Virus record (IMG/VR): IMGVR_UViG_3300048504_000667
Location: 1 to 33,019 of that record
Length of the DNA: 33,019 nt
Strand: one strand, 5' to 3'
From: a virus
Taxonomy: Duplodnaviria > Caudoviricetes
The notes below the pieces were generated by a model. The model worked only from the letters and a program-made list of their open reading frames with translations, had not been told where the DNA came from and searched no databases. How positions within the stretch are numbered: position 1 is the stretch's first letter; every line of letters starts with the position of its first letter. The translations under genes and the position numbers were made by a program. Below, piece after piece: positions 1 through 6,801 of the stretch.

Positions 1-95
1 GCAGCTATAACATACATTCTTGATAGAATAGCACCATTTTCTGCGGGCTCGGCGTGATTGTCGATTATTTTTTGCAATTTTTGTTTTTCGTTCAT
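1..95 (-). CDS. Small hypothetical protein, runs off the left window edge (MNEKQKLQKIIDNHAEPAENG...)
   Basis: ATG at 95-93, 4 nt after the stop of 100..255; frame open to the edge. Confidence 0.55.
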   Translation of the reverse strand, partial: MNEKQKLQKIIDNHAEPAENGAILSRMYVIA

Positions 96-99
96 ATTT

Positions 100-255
100 T
101 TATTTACTTGAGAGAATCGGTGAATTATTTTTTTCACTTAATTTTTTTGCGATTTGTAAAGCTTTCGCATGAGATTTTGCTCCATCAATTAACTTGCCAT
201 TAAAGGCGACATTAAACCAATTTTCGAAATTCGGATTTCTGAATACATTTATCAT
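100..255 (-). CDS. Small hypothetical early protein (51 aa, MINVFRNPNFENWF...); start revised from 315 to 255
   Basis: TTGACA (290-285), 17 bp, TTTAAT (267-262), 6 nt, ATG at 255; the longer start would overlap the neighbouring gene. Confidence 0.65.
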   Translation of the reverse strand: MINVFRNPNFENWFNVAFNGKLIDGAKSHAKALQIAKKLSEKNNSPILSSK

Positions 256-261
256 TTTATT

Positions 262-290
262 ATTAAAGCAAATTTTTGTTATTGTGTCAA
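262..290 (-). promoter_or_regulatory. sigma70-type promoter, leaderless
   Basis: TTGACA-17-TTTAAT with TGn extension, 6 nt before ATG. Confidence 0.6.
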
Positions 291-302
291 ACTTATTTGA
301 GA

Positions 303-575
303 TTATTTTTCCCAAATTTGTTGAATGTAGTATTGAGCATTGTCGCCATCTTTGCGTTGAATGCTTGTTTGGAATTGCAACTTTGGTTGAAGCGTGCGAA
401 TCATGCGAGCAACTTTGCGTCTGACTTCGTGCTTGTCTTCAGCTTGTATAGTAATTGCGTGATGTGTTTTGTCGATGTCAATGTACGACTTAGTGTTGCT
501 ATTCCATAAGGAAATTGCTTCACCATCGAGGGAAGAGACATGAACGCTTGCGATGAATGTTTTATTCTTAATCAT
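303..575 (-). CDS. Hypothetical early protein (90 aa, MIKNK...)
   Basis: ORF with its own promoter 6 nt upstream; N-terminus shared with neighbours. Confidence 0.75.
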   Translation of the reverse strand: MIKNKTFIASVHVSSLDGEAISLWNSNTKSYIDIDKTHHAITIQAEDKHEVRRKVARMIRTLQPKLQFQTSIQRKDGDNAQYYIQQIWEK

Positions 576-581
576 ATATAC

Positions 582-610
582 AATCTAATCTAGTTTTGGT
601 TGAAAGTCAA
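582..610 (-). promoter_or_regulatory. sigma70-type promoter, leaderless
   Basis: TTGACT (610-605), 17 bp, TAGATT (587-582), 6 nt, ATG; A-tracts upstream. Confidence 0.8.
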
Positions 611-635
611 GTTTTATTTTACTTATTTTTACTTA

Positions 636-833
636 TTATTGAAAGACAACATTAAAACGAAACTGATTTAAACCTTCGTCTTTCATGATCTTATTGAGAT
701 GCGACTGACTTGATGCAGTCCGAACCCTTGGGCGATCATTGCCTTGCGAGTCGATGCCTTGATCGAAGATCTTTACTGATGTATGGGTTGACCATTCTTT
801 AATGCGAACTTGTATTTTATTATTTTTAATCAT
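636..833 (-). CDS. Hypothetical early protein (65 aa, MIKNNK...)
   Basis: ORF with its own promoter. Confidence 0.75.
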   Translation of the reverse strand: MIKNNKIQVRIKEWSTHTSVKIFDQGIDSQGNDRPRVRTASSQSHLNKIMKDEGLNQFRFNVVFQ

Positions 834-838
834 ATCTT

Positions 839-867
839 AATCTAATGTATTTTTTTGTAAAAGTCAA
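839..867 (-). promoter_or_regulatory. sigma70-type promoter, leaderless
   Basis: TTGACT (867-862), 17 bp, TAGATT (844-839), 5 nt, ATG. Confidence 0.8.
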
Positions 868-870
868 ACT

Positions 871-1101
871 TTATTTTGATTTATTTTGCTTTATTTGTTG
901 AAAGGCTTTTCTTGCTTTTTGTACTGCGTTTAATGCGTCAAGGATTGTCATGCCTTGCGTGATTGTGCCTTGCCAATCGGATGAATTTGACTCACGGGCT
1001 AAGTGGTTCAAGTTGCCTTCAGCTTCAGCCAATGCCAAGCCAAGATCGAGATCCAAATTTAATTCTTGTTTTATTTCTTCAACTTTATTATTCTTAATCA
1101 T
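871..1101 (-). CDS. Hypothetical early protein (76 aa, MIKNNK..., helical)
   Basis: ORF with its own promoter. Confidence 0.75.
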   Translation of the reverse strand: MIKNNKVEEIKQELNLDLDLGLALAEAEGNLNHLARESNSSDWQGTITQGMTILDALNAVQKARKAFQQIKQNKSK

Positions 1102-1107
1102 ATAAAC

Positions 1108-1136
1108 AATGTATCAGACAAAACGGCAAAAGTCAA
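1108..1136 (-). promoter_or_regulatory. sigma70-type promoter, leaderless
   Basis: TTGACT (1136-1131), 17 bp, TACATT (1113-1108) with TGn extension, 6 nt, ATG. Confidence 0.8.
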
Positions 1137-1176
1137 GTATTATTTTGATTTATTTTAACTTTTTTTTCATTTTGTT

Positions 1177-1255
1177 GTAAGTTGTTGGTATTCAACGAGT
1201 TACGCAAAAACGGCTAGGGCGGTTTTCCCTAAGTCGTTGATCTTGTGCTACTTAG
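1177..1255. repeat. Two copies of a 27-bp imperfect dyad TAAG-N4-TG-N5-(CA)-N4-(C/G)TTA (1177-1203, 1229-1255)
   Basis: GTAAGTTGTTGGTATTCAACGAGTTAC and CTAAGTCGTTGATCTTGTGCTACTTAG; third copy at 2443-2469. Confidence 0.6.
1206..1238 (-). terminator. Putative intrinsic terminator after 1252..1560
   Basis: Minus strand AACGACTTAGGG-AAAACCG-CCCTAGCCGTT-TTT, an imperfect hairpin plus U-tract. Confidence 0.45.
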
Positions 1256-1560
1256 AACACAAGAGGATCGGGCAATGAATTAGGCGATGCGAACCAATCG
1301 GATGAGTCAATTACTTGCCCGTTTAGTATAGGCTCGAATTTGAATTGGCAAACATCTGCATTCGCTATGCCGTTGACGCGTTCGCGTGTGGTGGGTGTGT
1401 TCCATCCTGCAAGCGACCATCTGACCAAGCCGTCAGCGTCACGCTTGACAATCGCGTTGCCATGTAACCAAACGGTGTTGCCGTCTGTGGTGGTGTTGCC
1501 AACTGTCTTAGCTTCGCCGCGTTCAAATGCTTGTTTAATTTGTTGTGTTACTTTTCGCAT
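1252..1560 (-). CDS. Hypothetical phage protein (102 aa)
   Basis: Protein-like ORF (WLHGNAIV, LAGWNTPTTRERVN); TTGACA-16-CATAAT promoter at 1615-1588. Confidence 0.8.
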   Translation of the reverse strand: MRKVTQQIKQAFERGEAKTVGNTTTDGNTVWLHGNAIVKRDADGLVRWSLAGWNTPTTRERVNGIANADVCQFKFEPILNGQVIDSSDWFASPNSLPDPLVF

Positions 1561-1618
1561 GATTCTTTTATTGCTGTTATGATTCCTATTATGAATGATA
1601 TTATTATAATGTCAAGCA

Positions 1619-1840
1619 TTATTTCAAGCCGTCTCTTAATTCGCTTAACTCTTTTGTTACCTTGTCAAATTCTTTATAAGCTTGTTGCAATGCGTTTAAT
1701 GCGTCGGCAACGGCTTCACCTTGCGTAAAGGTTGCCATGTCAGATTCAGCAAGAAACTTTAGGTTACCTTTGGCTTTGGACATTGCAAGCGAGCATTCGA
1801 GAGTTGGATATCTTTTTATTGTTTTATTTGTTTCTGTCAT
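1619..1840 (-). CDS. Hypothetical early protein (73 aa)
   Basis: TTGACA (1876-1871), 17 bp, TACTCT (1853-1848), 7 nt, ATG. Confidence 0.7.
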   Translation of the reverse strand: MTETNKTIKRYPTLECSLAMSKAKGNLKFLAESDMATFTQGEAVADALNALQQAYKEFDKVTKELSELRDGLK

Positions 1841-1879
1841 AGTATAGAGAGTAAAGAGTTTTTATTGATGTGTCAAGCT

Positions 1880-2050
1880 TTAAGCGAATAAAGGATGAAT
1901 TCTAATGTTGCGAGGATACCAAGCCATTGTTTTCTGTGATCTATACAGACGACAAAGCACTTGTTTACCTAAGCGATCGTCTGTAAACTCTTTGATCACT
2001 TGGTAAGTATTATTATCTCTTGCGAGTACGACATCATTTTTTTTATACAT
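1880..2050 (-). CDS. Hypothetical 56-aa protein missed by the ORF track (MYKKNDVVLARDNNTYQVIKEFTDDRLGKQVLCRLYRSQKTMAWYPRNIRIHPLFA)
   Basis: Manual translation; fills the gap exactly; TTGCAA (2114-2109), 17 bp, TACCTT (2091-2086) upstream. Confidence 0.7.
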   Translation of the reverse strand: MYKKNDVVLARDNNTYQVIKEFTDDRLGKQVLCRLYRSQKTMAWYPRNIRIHPLFA

Positions 2051-2136
2051 ATTTTATATTGGTTATTTAATTAATCTTATACCTAAAGGTAACACAGTTT
2101 TTAGCAAATTGCAAACTTTATTTTACTTTTTTTTTC

Positions 2137-2361
2137 TTATAATTGTTCGGTAGAATCAACAAAAGTATTTATCAACTCGACATTTAAAACATTCCAATTG
2201 CAGAATGATTCTTGAGCTTTCGCAAGCATAAGGTCGGCATCAACGACTTTGTCAATGCTAGCACTTGCACGCATACGCTCGGTAACTACATGGGTAGAGT
2301 CATCTTTGAAAGATGCTGTAACCCTTAAAAGGATGTTGTGGAATTTTATTATTTTATTCAT
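2137..2361 (-). CDS. Hypothetical early protein (74 aa)
   Basis: TTGACT (2417-2412), 16 bp, TAGATT (2395-2390) upstream with a short AT leader. Confidence 0.7.
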   Translation of the reverse strand: MNKIIKFHNILLRVTASFKDDSTHVVTERMRASASIDKVVDADLMLAKAQESFCNWNVLNVELINTFVDSTEQL

Positions 2362-2688
2362 ATCTTTATTTAATTAACTTTATATATACAATCTAACACA
2401 TTCTGACCAAAAGTCAAGCCCATAGCAAAAAAACTTTGTGTTGTAAGTATATGATAAACAAGTGCTTATGAAAACATAGAAAAAAAAGTTAAAAAAAATC
2501 ATTATTTATTAGGCATTCTGTACCCCTACCCCCTATGACCCTACCCATTAAATGAATTCGTTTTTAAAATTACATTTTCTGTACGGCGGGGGGGTGCCTT
2601 TTTTCAATATGAAATACAACCTAATAAATTATAACATATTACTCGACTCAAAAAAAATCCGACCACTATATAAAAATAACTTAAATAA

Positions 2689-2693
2689 GTGTA
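2689..2693 (+). promoter_or_regulatory. GTGTA putative late-promoter motif upstream of phoH (overlaps a TATAAT)
   Basis: Same motif upstream of about 10 genes in the window. Confidence 0.5.
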
Positions 2694-2708
2694 TAATATA
2701 ATAGTAAA

Positions 2709-3440
2709 ATGGCTCGAAAACGCAAAAAACCCGAGATTGTAGACGAGAAAGAGATCACTAAGATTACTTCTTCTCTACATAAAAAAAATGTAAAGCTAAA
2801 AAAAATAAGCTTAACTGACAAGCAACTAGCTTTATTAAAAATAATCTTCGATAAAGAATCAAGTATTATATTTATAAGCGGCCCCGCCGGAACAAGTAAA
2901 ACATATATAGCAATATATGGAGCATTGCAATTATATAATATGAATAATGAACGCGGCATCACATATGTACGCACAATCGCAGAAAGCGGAGAAAAGAGTC
3001 TTGGCGCGCTTCCCGGAGAGATGGCAGAAAAGATTAATCCATATATGATGCCAATGAACGAAAAGCTTGACGAGCTTTTGGTTCCTGGTCAGGCTAGTAA
3101 TTTGGTCGAGGCAAACATAATCAAAGGGATGCCTGTGAATTATCTTCGCGGCGCCAGTTGGATGGACGAAATCGTAATCGCGGATGAATCGCAGAATTTC
3201 ACATTCAAAGAGCTTACCACACTCATGACTCGACTTGGTCGCGGCAGTAAATTAATTATTTGTGGTGATCCCATGCAAAGCGACATCAATGGAAAGAGTG
3301 GTTTTGCAGATATGTACTCTATATTTAATGACGAAGAAAGTAAAGAAAAAGGAATACATACATTTCATTTCGGAGCGGAAGATATAAAAAGAAGTGAAAT
3401 ATTAAAATTTGTAATAACAAAAATCCAAAATAAAAAATGA
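2709..3440 (+). CDS. phoH: PhoH-like ATPase
   Basis: GPAGTSKT Walker A, LGALPG..EK..PY, YLRG, IADESQN, TRLG, GDPMQSD, DIKRS family motifs. Confidence 0.95.
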   Translation: MARKRKKPEIVDEKEITKITSSLHKKNVKLKKISLTDKQLALLKIIFDKESSIIFISGPAGTSKTYIAIYGALQLYNMNNERGITYVRTIAESGEKSLGALPGEMAEKINPYMMPMNEKLDELLVPGQASNLVEANIIKGMPVNYLRGASWMDEIVIADESQNFTFKELTTLMTRLGRGSKLIICGDPMQSDINGKSGFADMYSIFNDEESKEKGIHTFHFGAEDIKRSEILKFVITKIQNKK

Positions 3441-4612
3441 ACGAAGAAACATATTTGCCAAAAATAGAAGTTAATGAAGAATTAACTAGCCTAAGTCAAA
3501 GAATTGACTGGGGATTAACTCAATCAAACGTCCCAGAAACCTGGAAAATAACTCAAGGAGAAGGAATCACTGTTCTTGTGATTGATACCGGAATGGTTGA
3601 ACACCCAGACGTCGGAGATAATGCAATTCCTGGAGAAAACTTCATTCCAAATGAACCTATCGAGGATGAAAACGGGCATCAAACTCACTGCGTCGGAATT
3701 ATTTGCGCAAAAAACAATGGAATTGGGATGGTTGGCGTTGCTCCAAAAGCGAAAGCTATTTGCGTTAAAGCTTTATCTAAATCTGGCGGAGGAAGTTATA
3801 GCGGTCTCGCGGCCGCTCTTGATTATGCTATAAAAATTAAACCTGATATTGTATCAATGAGCTTAGGAGGCGGTTCGCCATCCGCAGTTTTGCACGCAAA
3901 AATAAAAGAGTTATATAAAATGAATATACCTGTCATATGCGCTGCCGGAAATACTGGTGAAGGTGGAGTTAATTGGCCTGCCGCATTTGACGAAACAATC
4001 GCGGTTGCTGCTCACGATCGTTATGGGAAGATTGCAAATTTCTCTTCTCGTGGAGAAAAAGTTGAATGGGCTGCACCAGGAGTAGGAATATATAGCACAT
4101 ATATAAATAATATATATCGAAGTCTGAGCGGCACAAGTATGGCGTGTCCATTTATTGCTGGTGTTGTAGCATTAATGTTATCAAAACATAAAAAACAAGA
4201 AAAAACAGAAAATAAAAATGACTGCAAAACTGTAGAACAAATAAGAGAACATTTATTGAAATATACAAAAGACAAAGGCGAAATTGGTAGAGATAACGAC
4301 TGGGGATATGGAATTATTGATGTTGAAAAACTGATCGAAGGAGACGAGCCAGAGCCGAAACCAGAACCAAAGCCAGAGCCGAAACCAGAACCAAAGCCAG
4401 AGCCAAAGCCAGAACCAAAGCCAAAGCCAGAACCAAAGCCAAAGCCAGAACCAAAGCCAAAGCCAGAACCAAAGCCAAAGCCAGAACCAAAGCCAAAGCC
4501 AGAGCCAAAGCCAGAACCAAAGCCAGAGCCAAAGAAAAGTAAGTTCCATTATCTTCCGTGGATCGTCGTAGGCGCAACGATTATTATTGCAATAACACTT
4601 TCATCACAATAG
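3437..4612 (+). CDS. Subtilisin-like S8 serine peptidase with PEPK linker and C-terminal TM helix
   Basis: VIDTG (Asp), NGHQTHCVG (His), AAGN oxyanion Asn, GTSMACP (Ser); C-terminal [16 protein letters not shown]. Confidence 0.93.
   Translation: MNEETYLPKIEVNEELTSLSQRIDWGLTQSNVPETWKITQGEGITVLVIDTGMVEHPDVGDNAIPGENFIPNEPIEDENGHQTHCVGIICAKNNGIGMVGVAPKAKAICVKALSKSGGGSYSGLAAALDYAIKIKPDIVSMSLGGGSPSAVLHAKIKELYKMNIPVICAAGNTGEGGVNWPAAFDETIAVAAHDRYGKIANFSSRGEKVEWAAPGVGIYSTYINNIYRSLSGTSMACPFIAGVVALMLSKHKKQEKTENKNDCKTVEQIREHLLKYTKDKGEIGRDNDWGYGIIDVEKLIEGDEPEPKPEPKPEPKPEPKPEPKPEPKPKPEPKPKPEPKPKPEPKPKPEPKPKPEPKPEPKPEPKKSKFHYLPWIVVGATIIIAITLSSQ
4346..4534 (+). repeat. Coding tandem repeat (12/18-bp units) encoding (PEPK)n/(PEPKPK)n
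   Basis: CCAGAACCAAAG/CCAGAGCCAAAG units, in frame. Confidence 0.95.
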
Positions 4613-4632
4613 AAAACGGTGTAAAACATTAT

Positions 4633-5184
4633 ATGATTCCTGTAACCATAGCAAAATCAGATGATGGACGCACATATACTGTAGAAGGCTTTCCTCAATT
4701 AGAGGATAATGAACAATCTGTTAGTTTAACATATCAAGGATCAGGAACATGGAAATTCAATAGTTTTAATCTGAAAACAGTTTCAACTGAAAATTCTTTA
4801 GACGAAAAAAATGCACTTATGACTATTAATTGGGGAGATTCCAAATCAGACTCTCTCAACGATTCTCACACTTACAAAAATTCAGGATCCTTTATGGTAT
4901 CAGTTTTTTTGAAACTTGGGCACAATCTCAAGGAATGGGTTTGGGCCCGAAATAAAAGCGATGATCTTCCGACTGAGACCCCAATGACTAATCGATTCAT
5001 TGTCGAGTCAAAAATAAAAAGAAAATGGGCACAAGAAGAATACAACGAATGGTTTTATGATAAACTTGAAGATGCCGGAAATATGGAATTAGCGCTTGAT
5101 GTAGCAACCGCAAAAGCTCCTTGGTTTGGGATATTGATTGATGAAGTTATACTCGAAGATCTTGAGCCCGAAAATTCTGAATAA
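4633..5184 (+). CDS. Hypothetical protein with a PKD-like motif; start revised to 4633 (MIPVTIAK)
   Basis: TINWGD...SHTYKNSGSFMVSV resembles PKD/Ig-like signature; GTGTA 9 nt before ATG 4633. Confidence 0.65.
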   Translation: MIPVTIAKSDDGRTYTVEGFPQLEDNEQSVSLTYQGSGTWKFNSFNLKTVSTENSLDEKNALMTINWGDSKSDSLNDSHTYKNSGSFMVSVFLKLGHNLKEWVWARNKSDDLPTETPMTNRFIVESKIKRKWAQEEYNEWFYDKLEDAGNMELALDVATAKAPWFGILIDEVILEDLEPENSE

Positions 5185-5186
5185 AA

Positions 5187-6788
5187 ATGAGTGTTCAAAA
5201 TTGGCAATCTCATAACTCAAGTACATTAAAACTGTATGTTCCTGCTGCACATGTAGCAACTCTGCTTTTGACTGCAAATATTCTTCAAATAGTATATGCT
5301 GTTGGAGGAAGTCCTAGAAAATTTAGATATTTTAAAAAGTTTAATGCAGATGCATTGGTTATGACTTATGATCAATATCATTACAGCTCCGTGGAGGCTT
5401 CGAGTCAAACATTTTCGATAGGAACTTCGGAGGCGAATAAAACTATGGTGGGCAGAGAAAATGATGCGTACTATATATACATGTGGTATGAAGGTAGTTA
5501 TTTGTATTTAAATACTACAGCGCCTGGCGGACATGCATCTTCTCAATTCAACGGAAACAATGAATCTGGTACCACTGGAGACCATATGCTTGCTCAATAC
5601 AACGTTGCAGATCCTGGAGGTAATTGTTCGTTATCTGATACCACCATAACTCAATATACTGGGGTATCACCAACGATTTCAAATGCTAAACAATTTATGC
5701 TAACGAATCGAGAGTCTTTTATGAGTGGAACATATACTCAGTCTACAGGACATCTGAGTTCGGTATCTGACTATACAGGAGCTCCCTTTTCGGGTTGGGG
5801 TATAGAACCTTGTTGGGCAAAATACCTTAGAAAACTTTCTGTTAGTGGAATTGCTGTTTGGGAATTTACTGCCCCTCATGATGGTGAATTTCAATTTTAT
5901 ATAAGCCAATCAACTCTCAACTTTAGCTCGGTTTACAGTTCAGCTTTAAGCTCTCCCCCGAGCTCGTCTTCAAACTACACTACTCAATCTACCGGCAACA
6001 ATGCTCATATACTTATAACTCCGCAGTCGATGAACGCAGGAAATGCAATATACTTTACTTTTGCCACAAGTTTTTGGGGCTACAATAGCGGAAGTACTGG
6101 AGGTGCTGGTGCTGTAGCAGTTTGGTATACTGCCCCATCGGCTTCAAGTTCTTCGGTAGTAGATTTTACAGTTAGAGGTATGGACGCAAGCCACAATACG
6201 CTTGTGTCCGACACTGAATCAGCATTAATTGAACCAGCAAAATTTTATCAAGTAAATGTAGATGCCGTCGGAGTTGACCATTGGGGTTGGAGGGCTAACG
6301 GTGGTGCAGAAACCATGATGTCCGCAGGTTCAACATCTTTTATAGTGAATGGTTCTGATTACTCCGGAGCGTCTTCCTCTGGACCTAGGTTTGAATATAT
6401 TTCTGCTGACGGCACTTCTTTGACATGGGAACAGGCTAATACTGCAGCTAATGCAAGGGGTGGAAGATTGGCTTCTCCTAAAACAAATGCAGATTTAACA
6501 GAACTTAATAACTATCTTAGCACAGTAAATTATGGAATTGGTGCATGGATTGGATTAAAAAGGGATGGTAGTTATTGGAGGTGGGTGGATGGTTCGGTAT
6601 CTGCAATTAGTAATTGGTTAGGTGGTGAGCCAAACAATGCATTCGGCAATGAGGATTACGTACACGTGCTTGCGAACATAGGTAATTTTGGTTCTACTAA
6701 TCATAATTGGAACGACAGTGATAATGCAGCAGGTAATGGTAGTCATTTTGGCTCTCCTCGTTTTGGTTATATCATAGAGTATACGTAG
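5187..6788 (+). CDS. Putative virion protein with C-terminal C-type lectin domain
   Basis: TWEQA...GGRLAS, WIGL, WRWVDG, NW..GEPNN, EDYV, WND motifs. Confidence 0.8.
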   Translation: MSVQNWQSHNSSTLKLYVPAAHVATLLLTANILQIVYAVGGSPRKFRYFKKFNADALVMTYDQYHYSSVEASSQTFSIGTSEANKTMVGRENDAYYIYMWYEGSYLYLNTTAPGGHASSQFNGNNESGTTGDHMLAQYNVADPGGNCSLSDTTITQYTGVSPTISNAKQFMLTNRESFMSGTYTQSTGHLSSVSDYTGAPFSGWGIEPCWAKYLRKLSVSGIAVWEFTAPHDGEFQFYISQSTLNFSSVYSSALSSPPSSSSNYTTQSTGNNAHILITPQSMNAGNAIYFTFATSFWGYNSGSTGGAGAVAVWYTAPSASSSSVVDFTVRGMDASHNTLVSDTESALIEPAKFYQVNVDAVGVDHWGWRANGGAETMMSAGSTSFIVNGSDYSGASSSGPRFEYISADGTSLTWEQANTAANARGGRLASPKTNADLTELNNYLSTVNYGIGAWIGLKRDGSYWRWVDGSVSAISNWLGGEPNNAFGNEDYVHVLANIGNFGSTNHNWNDSDNAAGNGSHFGSPRFGYIIEYT

Positions 6789-6801
6789 AATTTAATAATA
6801 T

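Noticed and set aside
194-1728. Plus-strand ORFs 194..424, 276..509, 1340..1582, 1531..1728
   Set aside because: Antisense to promoter-supported minus-strand genes
100-2420. Possible CRISPR array or integron attC array in the regularly spaced early region
   Set aside because: The repeated parts are degenerate promoters and the intervals are ORFs; no identical repeats, attC-like boxes or integrase seen
4346-4534. Possible CRISPR array
   Set aside because: Contiguous in-frame tandem units with no unique spacers
4253-4577. Minus-strand ORFs with (LW/FW)n and (LA/LV)n repeats
   Set aside because: Antisense shadows of the PEPK coding repeat
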